Source: Phoronis australis (Eukaryota > Animalia > Phoronida). Taken from it: 64,000 bases of DNA. Shown one piece after another: positions 1-12,600 of this stretch. Numbering within the stretch: the first letter of the stretch is position 1; every line of letters starts with the position of its first letter. Under the pieces are notes generated by a model that was given only the letters and a program-made list of their open reading frames with translations, had not been told where the DNA came from and searched no databases. The translations under genes and the position numbers were made by a program. The stretch lies in contig NMRA01000121.1 of the NCBI GenBank assembly GCA_002633005.1, positions 199,000-262,999 of the forward strand, in the 5' to 3' direction.

Positions 1-660
1 TTTTTTTTTTTAATCTCCCAGTTCAACATAAGCAAGTTTACCCAGCTAAAAGTGTATGTGAACTGGATTTTAGAAATACATGCAAAAAGATGTCAGTGCA
101 CTAGTGTATGCCTATGAAAAAGGGAGAGAGTATTATGGAGTGATGAAATATCCTAATTTACATTGCTATTAGATTATGAATTTGTGACCATCTATTTGTA
201 AACTTTTCTATTTGTAAATTTTTTGAATAAATTATTTTTCACAGGAGTAATATAGTAAGATTTTATTTTGTAAATATAATTAAATTTGGAGGTTTACCAT
301 TGAGACGTTGCTTATATAAATGGAACTTGCAAAGACACAACATTAAATTTTGAATTGATTGGCTTCTACATCTGTTTCCAAAGCAAACTGTAAGTACACT
401 TGTACCCAGTGAAATATTGGGTTTTTTTCTAACCCAATCTTCAACATTGTTCCAAAAATTTTGAACACTATCACATTGCCTGTGAAGCAAAGTCTCGGGT
501 TCCCTCTTACAAAATGTACAGAAGGGGAAGTTTCTAATCCCAATTTTAAGAAGATAAGAACTACAGCGGATTATCCTATGTAACAGTCTAAACTGAAACC
601 ATCTAAGTTTTACATCAAATGTAAAGTTCACAAAGTAGGCATTTTTCCACCATGTCTGGT
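1..660 (-). mobile_element. 3' end of a degenerate non-LTR retrotransposon (L1/Tx1-like), zinc-finger (zf-RVT-like) region plus poly(A) tail
   Basis: ORF 263..715(-) contains FQFRLLHRII...CTFCKREPETLLH.QC..VQNFW...NLMLCLCKFHLYKQR, typical of the Cys/His-rich region after the RT of L1/Tx1 ORF2. The T-run at 1-11 reads as poly(A) on the minus strand. No intact RT is present. Confidence 0.75.
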
Positions 661-1262
661 ATAGCAAGTTAATCTCAGACCCAGGCAAAGAATGCTTGTG
701 ACTTGTGTAGCACAAAAGTTATTGGTTAGCTTTGAAACAAACAAGGAAAATGTTCGACTGTGAACAATTTTAGCCATGTCAACATCTTTGCAGTATCAAT
801 ATAACGTCAGAAAGACCAAGCGTTGTCGGCAGTACTGACTACAGACCGCCTGTAATTTGTATTACAGTTTGCAACCTTAGTTGGCAGTTTATGAGCTTGA
901 CATCGCGATAGCCGAAAAGGACACTCCGACAGGCTACGAAAAATGTACATCGAATAGTACAACCACAACTTGCCTATTCCCATTTCTCGAACATCTCTCT
1001 ATGTGCACCGAATTGTTTGTAACAGAACACAACCCATGGCCATATCATTCCACATCTACACTTGCACAACTGGCATACCGAGTCATGCCGGTTTGTTTAC
1101 GTATAAAGCGCTACCTGTTGACAATTCGACCAGCCAATCAGAACCGCAGGTGAAAAATGTATTTGAAAAGACTTGTGTGTCTTCTTCCCCCTAGCGGACA
1201 TGCAGAGAACATGCATGTTTGAGGTAGCTTACTGAGCACTCTACGTTTGTACCAATGGTTAA

Positions 1263-1546
1263 CAGGGGCGGATCCAGGATTTTGAGTTAGGGGGGCCAGG
1301 ACACAGGAATAAGCAGGATTTCGGCAGACGCGCGCGCCCGGCCAAAACTGTAGAGATGAAGGGGTCTCGAATCTGGGTTTGCGGACAGTTTGATTAAAAA
1401 AAATTTAAAACGGTAGTAAACGGGCTTTGTTCAGGGCCTATGCCTTACGCATTGTTTATGAACCCCCTGGATGCGCGTATATGCTAGTCAGCAATTCGCA
1501 CCCGAACTGCCAAATGGTATCTGATAAAATTTTAGGGGGGCGATGG
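1263..1546. mobile_element. Non-autonomous DNA-transposon (MITE) fragment, same family as 46116-46273
   Basis: Shares CAGGGGCGGATCCAGGATTTTGAGTTAGGGGG and CACCCGAACTGCCAAATGG.ATCT...AATTTTAGGG with the 46.1-kb copy, with extra internal sequence. Confidence 0.6.
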
Positions 1547-2665
1547 TGAATATGTCTAGATAATAAATAAAATGATAAGTTGTGTCGACGGTGAAATGTT
1601 ATTTTTGTCCGCCGTTCACGATTTTGTCCTGGATGGCTTTTTTCGCCGCATCATGAAATCAATACTGGAAATGTTATATGTGGCTTTGCTCTACAAAAAA
1701 AGTTGAGCAGGACGTCTTTTTTGCATTTTGCCTAATCTTTCATATATTTTGGACTTGAGAGCACTAAATTTTTATTTTCAGCAGGAACGGGGTTCAACAA
1801 TCGTCGATATCTCATTTATATTTGAGTCATAAAGGACTATTTAAACCTGAAGAATGCGATATCTCCAGCAAAAACAATTCTAGACATGGTTGTTTCCATT
1901 ACGGGTGGCAAAAAACGAACACTTGAAAACCATTGTGTTGGTTAACGGTTTGCTTGTGATAACACCCTTTATCGGGTGGTCTGGTTTGACATAAATCATT
2001 CGCAGTATCAAAATGTAACCTGCTGCCATTTTTCAGGAACTCGAGTAAATATTTTGAAAGAGAACTACCGTTTCAACTACACAGGTATAACTAACAACAA
2101 TGCATCTTAAAGCTATACCCAATGCGTTCTTAGCCGTCAATGATGAATTGCGAAGCGTTCGGGATTTAAAACATCACAGGCTCATCCGACCTTGAATTGT
2201 TGCCAAACAGGTTGGTAAGAAAAACCACAATTAAAGAGAAAGGCAAATTTACCACAAACACATACAAAGTCCACATGCAACCACACATTTCAAAACTGTC
2301 AGTTGATTGAACTGTTTGCTCAGCTTTTTCCACCATTGCCCAACTTTTTTTCTCATCTAAATGGACAATTGTTGAGGGTCACACCCCAAACACACCCTTT
2401 CCAAGAAGCAGCGACCTGACAAGATTAAGGGCAGCATCGTGGTTTTTCTAGTCAATCATCAGAGTTTTCCTGACAACCGTTTTCATAAAAATTAACGCCG
2501 ACTTAACACATGTTATACAAGAATATAGTACTTACTGGGTAATGGATCCACAGAAGGTGTAATCCATGCGCGGCGGCTCACTTGTTCAGGCACTCCACAC
2601 AATATATAGATCTCGTATTAGTATTAAGGTTTCGTATATAACAGTAGTGATCGCACGTCTCTCTT

Positions 2666-2746
2666 GACTCAGTTGCACTGGTTTTCTGGTTTGAATAGCA
2701 ATATTCAGTTGAATCTCATTGGCGGGAAATACAAAAGTCACGTGAC
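2666..2746. promoter_or_regulatory. Promoter-like motif cluster (AP-1-like TGACTCA, E2F TTGGCGGGAAA, E-box/CLEAR GTCACGTGAC)
   Basis: Motifs read directly at about 2666, 2719-2729 and 2737-2746, in CpG-retaining sequence just upstream of a minus-strand GTAAGT donor at 2535. Confidence 0.4.
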
Positions 2747-5700
2747 AAGAGACTTAGCGACTCACTCCCATTGTTCCATTAGATGCAAACAATGGGCAGT
2801 GCTGTCAAACACAGTTAGCTCATAGTTACCTGTTGTGAAGTCCCCTAAACGCAAACCAACTAGGTTCCCAGCATGCGTACCACATGAACACGTTCTTTTT
2901 GATGGAGTTGCCGATGTGGAGCTAAACCATCACTAAAGGCCTTAGGAGGAGGGGGGGAGTAATTAATTGAATCCATTCATTGATGACTTGTACATTCACG
3001 TTGAGCTTCATTCACGTGTCACATCCCTTATAGTTAACGCGGTTATTTGACACAGCACAAGTATAGTAGTTGTATAAGGCGGAGTGACGGGGGGGGGGGG
3101 GGGTCAATAGNTCATTCAAATCGTGAAATATTTCAGATGTGACTGAGACTTTCGAAAAAAGTGTTCAGTTCATGAGCACTCACCGTCGGTGATAAATTTG
3201 CCCTGCGCTTTAACTATTTGGATTTACTTGGCGTTGTTAACTGCCATAATTACACGAGGTCGACTCTAGGGTTCACCGGCTCAGGTCTCGAGTTGAAAAG
3301 ATGTACGTTCATACATCTTCGTGATATATGTTGAAATTATTTCAAATTATACAGGCCAGTATTTTTTAAGTTGTAACATCATCAATAGTTTGGCCCAAAA
3401 TAGCTCCGCTTTGGTTGAAATATGTTCAGCAAATAAAGTAGTTTTAAAAACGGTTCAAATGAAAGGTAGAGAAAAATGTTTGATATTTTGTAAAAACTAA
3501 GCCTCTCTATCAGTCTGCATTCTCAAACGGATTTCCGTTAACCTTAATTGTAGTGCCAAAATGCGCTAAATTATGCCTATTTTTAGCCATTGTCGAGGTG
3601 CTTTGGGGGCTAGTTTGCGGTATTTCCTTATCAGTTTTCTGTGTGAATAACAAAATGAAAAATAAAAAATGGGCTTTTTGTTTCCACGCAACAGGTAATA
3701 GGACATGCCATCTCGTATTTTACAATCCTTGACTACGGGCAGTCGGCAGTTGTAAGTCGTGAACCCCATCAAGGGGCTTCATTAATTTTTGTAAATATAT
3801 TTCTATGGTTACGACAGTGGCAGACCTCTCATAAATTTTTGATGTTCTGATTACTGCTGGCCGGCTGTGTTTTCTATAAATTTCTGTCGTGAAGTTTCAG
3901 TAAATTTGGTTAAATAGTTCCTATCCAGGAAACAGTGCACATGCTGGGGTTTAAAGATGATCCACTTGTGCCAAATGGCTCTGGGATTGTGTGGATGAAC
4001 TAAGGAGTAGATCGGTGAAGAGATTTCTGTAACACCGATTTCGAACTACTTGTGCAAAGCTATGGAATGCCAACATTCCAATGCAGAACTGTTGAAGCAG
4101 ACCAGACGCTATGTTTATCGGCTGTTAAGGTTATCTAGGATCCCAAACGACCTCAACTCTTAGCCAAATTTCGAAAAAAACGTGCGTTGTCAACCATTAA
4201 AAGAATATATTTTCTGAAAGGATTTTGCTTCAAAATGCCTAGTTTTCACGTACCGAGCGATAGACAAATAAGGTCGATGTATTTTTTATAAAGGTCTTGT
4301 TTTTGTGACTTAAATTTGGCATAAAACCAGAACTAAGTGAATAATAAACATTCCCAACAGCGTCAGTAAACTAAAACTTTCACTGAAAAAGTTCTACTAA
4401 AATCCGTTGGAGTTATTTTGTTATGAATATATCTTCCTTGCACATGAAAATTTGACTTAAAAACGTCAAAATGTAAAATGTGTGCGCATATTGCGTCTAT
4501 GTTATGCTTTACAATGTGGACCAGTGGCCCTGTAACATGAAATAAATTGATTTTGTTGTGAATTTTTAAATTGGAAAACAAAACGTGTTGTTTATTATTA
4601 TTATAAGCAATTCTCGAAGTCAAACTCGCAGATTTGTGATGAGCAACCGGGGAACACAAGACTGGGCATCCCATGGGATTTTGGGTTTCCAAGAAAATTT
4701 CCCAGCTTCATTCGTATGAACGTGTATATTTGGTTAACATTTGAGAGGTAGCAGTTAAACTTGAAACTCCAAAAATCACTGAAATTTTTGTTTATGTTTG
4801 CCGGTGCATTGAGTACCTATCCATTAGACGTCAGTGTACATATTGTTGTCAAACATTTGAAATGTGCCACAGCTTAATAAATGAATAGCAACAAACCCTA
4901 TAACATTGCCATTCCCTTATACAGACAAATTGATGACATGCATCAAACAAACGCTGAGCACTAGCAAGTTTCCAGTTGTTTATATCAACTAAATACTAAG
5001 ATTATTGTACACATTTGTAAAACTTTTCCAATGTTGGCAAACTACATTTACCAATAAATCTTAAGTTACATGGCAGTAGCACTTTAACTAGTTTTGGAAA
5101 TAGCATTAACACCTCAACAGTACTCAAAAATGAAGTAAACTAATCACAGGGGTTTTATGACATAGATTTTGTAACACAAAATACATCACCCATCTCAAAA
5201 AGTGCAATATGATTTGAAAGTAAACATAATACCAATGTAATTGCTATGATCAACAGTATCATCAAATCTTAAGAAGGACAAGTGAAAAACAGAAGACCAT
5301 GTGCGAGCATCAACACTGATAAAATGGTAACTCTACATCAAAACCTACACTTCACTCTGCTAAAGAACGGAAAATGAATTAATCTCGTAACATCCCGTAC
5401 CATAATAGAAATCCATTTTTGTTACCCAATGTGCGCATGTTCCATTTTTCATATGAACTCTGAAGTGTTGTCAACAGTTAGAGTTTCTTACGGTTGGCAA
5501 ACCCTAAAATTGCAAATTAAAAAAATGGGGCTTGTACACATTGCCAGTGGCTTGAGTTGGTAATGAAATAGAATACTATCATCGTGAGGAATATTACCAG
5601 GCCAATTTCATGGGAGTAAAAGGCTGGGTTCAGTTTTCGTTTCTAAGTCAGCGAAATGGAGCAAAATGGCATTTTGACATGAAACGTCCACTGCTGATCC

Positions 5701-6612
5701 ATGTAAGATTGTAACAAGTTCAATGCCTAAATGGACACCCTATCTAAAACTGTGGGCACACAACAGTCTTTACACATAGCATACTGATACCATATCACAG
5801 TGATTGACATTAGCCCCACCCCTTAGACAAAAGAGTGTCAAGAAAGAAGTATATGAGCTGAAATGCTTTTCACATGTAAGATAATACCAACAAAAGGTGG
5901 CTCACAATTACACAAGTACAGTTGTGACGGATACTCTTGCTTCACTGTCACGGTTTGTGTTCAGAATTGTAGCAGACACCAAATAACATGATCACGTACA
6001 ACTTGCACAAATGGACGACATCATCTTGTCAAGTTCTGTTTACACATACACTGACATTCAAAAATCTAGCTCCATGTCAATTTACATCATATCGAAGCTG
6101 TTTTCTTAACATGAAATAAATCAAACCAAGATAATATCAATTTGAAATGACTTCAAAGTAGAACTGGTGCATGTCTGCAACAATCACTGGCAGAGCATTT
6201 TATAGAGTATGCTTCTTGCAAGAAAAGCAAGACCTCGCGAAATGTGGATGAAAGGAAAGTGTTTTACTAACCTATCCTAGCAAAATAACACCCACTGAAG
6301 TGATTGACCTGGGAATTTGAAGTATTGAATTGTGGGCAGGTTGAATTCCCAATTTCTGTTCAATAAATGAAAGATTTTTCACCGTAATTCCATGCTAATG
6401 TCTTGAGGTCTACAGAAAGCAGTGCAGACTTCGAAAACTCACACTTCGCAGTCATTAAAGATCTTGTTTTATTTGAAGTCATCCACCAACATGTAGGGGC
6501 TTGGTAACAGCATCATCATATACCAATCAAACTATAGAGGGCCGATAGAATCTTGTACTTTATTATTTGAGTCATGACCGACAACGTGTCTGATGTGTTC
6601 ACAGTCCTCTCA

Positions 6613-6662
6613 TTACATTGCCCATGCTTGAAGCTCTTTTAAATCTGTATCCTCTTCCACAG
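6613..6662 (-). CDS. CHMP4B: CHMP4 exon 5 (stop codon)
   Basis: TTTTCTAG| (A)VEEDTDLKELQAWAM*, TAA at 6613-6615. Confidence 0.92.
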
Positions 6663-9600
6663 CTAGAAAATGAAAGGCAAAAATTTGTTTATTAAAACCA
6701 CATGTCAGTAGTTGGACAGCCCTACATACAAAAATTGGCAAGTAAACAAAAGCAAAATTGTTTATTTGTATAATATGGTATTATTTTCTCTAAAGTTGTT
6801 ACATTAACAGCGAACCTCCACAGGTTCTGCAGAGCTCATTGTCATAAAAATAAAATTTGACTACTTGAATTGAATGCGCCAATAGGTAATATGGTTGAAA
6901 TTCTTTAAGGCTTGTAATGACCAATGACAAAGAAGAGGAAAATATTCCAGGTGACATATCATTTTATAAATACAAATAAATAGCCTGATGTGATAGAATT
7001 ATTTTGTGTGGTAAAATTTAACAGCAAGAAACGTTTTGTGCAAGAGTTAAAATACTAATAAAAAGAGACAGAAAGAAGAAACTGGAAATCAAATAGACGG
7101 AAATCAAAACTAAAAAAGAGGATATCCTCTTAAAAGAGGAAAATTATGAGCCCTGGTTATTTTACCTGGTTGTGATTGGTCAAAGCTTGAGTGAAATATT
7201 TTTGTGTAAGTTATAAAACTTATCTGCAAGAAACTTTTTTTGCATGAAAAGCGAAGAAAAAGAGGAAACTGGAAATCAAAGTAAGAGGAAATTGAAACCG
7301 AAAAAGAGGAAATCCTCAAGGGGAAAATTACGAGCCCTGATTTTTTACCTGCTCGTGATTGGTCACATCTTAGTGAATGTGTTGAGTGTCTACGAGGAGA
7401 GTAGTGGTCAGCAATGATGAGGTGATCCTTGCTATTGATATATTGATAAGAGAATATCTCACCTCTCCTCGACTCCTGCACCACAGGTTCACTGGGTACA
7501 CTAGGCAGCTCTGCCTGTCCCGGCACTTTCAACAACTGTTCGTCTAATTCTTCTTGTTCTAGTTCCTCCAACTCCGCATTCAACTCGTCCTGAAAGCACA
7601 ATTAGGGTACATACACTATATCAACACCAACAATTGGAGGAAGAGGAGAATTCAATGTAGATGGTCAACCATATTTTAATTTCAAACTGTAAATGAACAA
7701 GAAAAAAGCACAAGAACCTAAATATTAGGATCATGAAACAATAGAGTTACAATGAAACAAGCCGCATCGCTGGATTTCTTTTGTGAGCCAAACTGTCAAA
7801 ACAAATATTGATTATGAAGTTGCCCAAATTTTGTGTATACGTATTTTTAAAATCATTGGACCAAACTTGTTAACATGTACTTTAGATGTTTACATGTACT
7901 CGTTTGTTCTGGGGTCAATGTATTGTAAGGATTCTGGAAATTTCCGAGATCAGATTGTAACAGCCAATGATATGATTAGTGCACTAATGTAATTTGGGCA
8001 GAAGAATCCGAGACAGTAAGATGGAGTTAAGTAGTTGAAACCATAGAACTTGCTTCAGTGTACTGAATAAATAGTACAATGGAGCAATCTCACGGAAGAT
8101 TCTAAGGAGGATCGTGGCAAAGGGAAAGGTTAACAAACACGAAGTTAACTAAGAGCTAGCCACTTGCATTGTGAGTAGTAAGATACTGTCTACATGTGTC
8201 GCATCATGAGGGATTGTGACCAGTAAGTAGACTGTCGCAGTACCGTGTGTGTTAGTACACAGATCAACCAACAGGACTGTCATCCCATGAGTGTAGAGTC
8301 AAACAGATTGGATAGCAGATAAGATGTTCGATTGTTTATGGTTAATTGAATAAAGTTATCCTTACAGAGGGCGCTAGCATACTTAGTCTTCTTCACTATT
8401 AGTGTACGTAATTAACAACAGGTTTCACTTGTATTAATTAGCAGTTATTATATAATAAATTAACCACATGATTTAATCGCTCTCTCACCATCCACGCACA
8501 ATCACAGAGCATAGCTGCCTTTTAAACTAAACCCACAGTCAACTTCTGACACAAAACATTCAGCCCCACCTAGAATTCACATTGCATGCTGATGAAAAGT
8601 TAAACCAGAGGGATATAACAGTGTCATTCCTTTAATTCTTTGCAGACATCATGCAATCAAATTTTACCATTTGTTCTGCAGAGGGATTACGAAATGCAAA
8701 ATGTCCAATAGAATTTGAGTATGAATGAAGCAGATGTTGTTCAAATGCTCTCATCGTACAAAACAGTTGTATGTCACGTCTGCAATTCTTATTGAAATAC
8801 ACCACCACTCGTTTCCGGGTACCTGCATACCTCATCAATATCTTGACCAAATCCAACAGGGTTTGAAATTGCTTCAGAGATCTCACTCGCTAGTTGATTC
8901 TGTTCTTCAATATCATCCATTAAATCGTGCACATCGTCAACATTCCTGCAAGCAAAATGTGATGTAATTGAGCTAAGCAATAACAATATGCAGAACACTG
9001 ACCAGAACCAGGAGGTTCAATTAAATCAACAGAGGGAAAGTCAGACTTTTGGCGGGTACACGAACTCCAGTAAAAAAATTATGATGGCACGTATGAGAAG
9101 ACAGTAAACGTTGAAAGTTATCAGACTAGACAAAACGACCTCGAATTCAAAGTTACGATGGCGGAGTACAAATGGAATTCATTGTTATCTACGCATTGTA
9201 ACAAGGAAGGATTTGGAAAATTAATAGGCTTGGGATGATTAAGAGAAGGGATTACAGCGGGAATGACGAGTCCTGATAAGTGAGGACATCACTTGTTATT
9301 TTTGCTGCAAATGCAATTAGCTGTCGTTACGAGAGAACAGTCTGATGCCAGAATACTTTCAGCACTGTACCATCACCTTGCGGACTGGAAAGAAACCAAA
9401 TAATGAATTCATACATTACGTCACAAAACCTTTTAGTTTAGTGACTTGTTTGGCACAATTGCAAGTACTGGTATTTGTTGAGCATTTGACAGTCAGTAAA
9501 ACCTATCCAACATCACCCATCACTTACATGTTGTTGTGGGCTGCCTTGAGAGACTTGGCTGCAGTATTCATCACCTTCAACACCTCTGTGTTCGTGCTGG

Positions 9601-12600
9601 CATTCTCCAGAGCCTCTCTTTGGTACTCTATAGTTGTCATTGTACCATCAATCTGATTCAGCTGCTTCTCAAAGCGTTTTTTCCTCTTCAGAGCTTGCAA
9701 GGCAACTGTAACACGAATGAATGCTTGAACATTACAACAGTATTATATGGGCCGACACAAAGGGAGACAGGTCATATGGATTGAGGGCAACATTGCTCTC
9801 TCAAGGTCCAAACATAGGCCTGAGGGATCGGTCTATATTTGTTTTATTGCATGCCCATTCATGATCTCTCTGACTTTTCAGTAACTTGCTTTGATGTATT
9901 GGCATCGTCTGCTCACTAAGTTGTCAGGGATTTATGGTCTCAGCTATTTCATTGGTCAGATTGCAAATAGCACCATGTGATATTCTATACCCTAGCTCGT
10001 TGACATCAGCTCATAACGTAACTTATCATACCGCATGCGTTTTAGAATACATCTAGTAATTTACAGTGTGCTCACTTCACTTGGTATTTGGCCAATTCCT
10101 CTTTAGTCGACTGGTTAAAGGGCCGAGCAAGGCGGACATGACACAGTGAACGCCGGATCAACTCTCAGCTCATACAGCATCTTTGGATCAGCTCGAGATA
10201 TTCAAGTCTGATAAACCATAGCACAAAGAGCCAGGGATGAGCAAAATTAGACAGGTTCCCATTTGTTCTGGCTTCTCTCAGCAGTGCTGCCATACAGCTG
10301 TCATCCTACACAACCTCTTATGTTTCTGGTTGGTGCTGAGGTGTATCGTAACTAATGATGCATCACAACCAATTTCACCAGTCAATGTATAGAAAAGAGG
10401 GATACTTGGAGCATTTCTCAGAGTTGGAAAACGGTAGAACATCAACAGCCAGCAAACCGTAACTCACACAAAACTTCTCTAGAGACATGTACATTAGTGT
10501 TGTGAAAAGTATTTAGAGTTATGTCGTGTGTGTTGATAAATACATCTGAACCCTTCATCAGTGTGCAAGGACTCTTTGGTCAACCAGTTCAGACAAAAGT
10601 TCAACACTCAGGGAACCAGGGTTCTACTCCAGCCGAGACCCAGCAAAGGTATGACCAAAGACCAGTGACGATGAATATACACCCTCAGGAGGCACATAGA
10701 GCGGGGACCAGACAGAGGGATGTTCCAGGAACTGATGTGAGGAGGTGCTCCTGACCAGCAGGAGAGGGAGTAATATTGAGAAAAGTACTTTGGTAGTCCG
10801 GTGTTTAAGTTGCTGCAAGGTGGGTGACCTCCCTCCAGACTGTTTCAAGTCAGAGCTGTTATATTGGCAACAGTTTGTGGCATACTTGCTCAACAGTGAG
10901 TGAATCTGTCGAGTGAAATCATAAAAAACAACAACTTGCACCCACATCAACTCATAGAAGCCCTGCTTTGTAAAGCAATGATTAAAATTGAAACAATCGT
11001 GTCATATTAATGTAAAATGGCTCAATGCTGCTCATTCTGTACCACATGGTGGGTATGAGTAGTCTAACAATGTAACCAGCCCTATAGGTCAGTGTTGGTG
11101 GTCCTCACTGGTAACTTGCAAACCGGTAGTTATCGTCGGGAAATGGCAATAACATTTGAGTGAAAATATATGGAAACCCAAAAGCCAAACAAATTTAGTC
11201 TTACTAGTACCTGTCAATAAACAATATCATTTTTCTTTGATCCTTTACACTTGCAATTTTGTTCAATTTGAATCCTGTTTGTAGTTAGTGGAGTTTACTT
11301 GGCCAAATGCTAAAAAAATCCGTTGCTGGCTAAGCTTTCTTACGCCAATGTCATCACTTACATCGGTCAGTGAACATACATAATTTGCAATTTTATGACA
11401 AAACACCAAAAGGAAGATAATCAATAGGGAGAGGACCAGTTTGTATAACAAATGTCAAAATTATCCGATATCAATGAAATTAAATCAACGACGTGCGCAA
11501 AAGTTCTGCCACCTGTCCGCCATCGGCAACCACAACCAACGTATTGCCTTCCAGTAGCGTACAAGTTCACAATTGGACTTGGATAGGAAATGACTAGAAT
11601 TAAGGAGAGCAACAAATAGACCTACACAAGTCTCACAATCTAATATGGCCATCCATAATTTGGAGAACCAGTCTGTAGGGAACCATTGAATAATGGGCCT
11701 GTTATAGATAGACACATTGATCGAAGTCATTTTTAAATTTTGAAAATTAGTATAACCTTGTCAAAACTAGTTATTCAGTGGATGAAACTGGTTCACAGAT
11801 AGACAGTGACTACAGTCTCTAGGTGGCTCAGTAGAAACGGTGTAGCTCCTATAGGTGCTTCATACGCAGTAAGCTTTTCGGCAAATGATGCTTCACAAAG
11901 ACTAAAAAATCAAAGTCAAGTTGTTATAAATACCTTTTGCATATAGAGGGAAAACTTAGGAGGCTGTCAATGTCTTTAATTCCTTCCAACTCGAACAAAC
12001 TTTTTCTTTGAGCAGTCCCTCGTGCATATCCCAAAATCGGTAATTGGACATTTTTACATTGCATACGCCGGTGGATATGACATCAATCCACCTGCCGCGC
12101 GCAGTGTTAAAACTTGCCAGTTTTCCATTTTGGGAACTGAACGAAGGACTGGTCGAACAAAAAGTTTGATAACGAAGTATTTGTTCAAGTTGGAAGGGAT
12201 TAAAGACATCGACGGCCTCCTAAGGCATCCCTCTATGCTGGAAAGGTTCTTAAAATAACGCGACAATGTCATTGTTTACATTCAAATCAAATACAACAAC
12301 CAAATGCTTAATAATTAATGCACATACAAGCATAATGATTTGGACAAATGGAAACCAATTGGAAGGTCCCCTTGAAACGTTGACATATTTTTCTTGTAAC
12401 CAATCAGCGGACCCTGGAGTAATGTTGCTGTTTTTAGTTGATGTAAGCGTTCTGAAGGTGTTGCGAGGGTCCTTATGAGCATGCGCATTAGTTGATGCCA
12501 AATGGCACTTTTTGCAATCTACGCTTTGCCATGAATGTTGCCCATTGAACTAGGAAAATCTGGAGGTATTTATGGTATTTATTGGTTTCGATGTCAACAA

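Noticed and set aside
881-1194. Overlapping plus-strand ORFs of 90 and 74 aa
   Set aside because: Non-ATG starts, no recognisable motif and no convincing splice context.
3089-3111. Poly-G run as a G-quadruplex or regulatory element
   Set aside because: It abuts an N at 3111, a probable contig end, so its length and context are unreliable.
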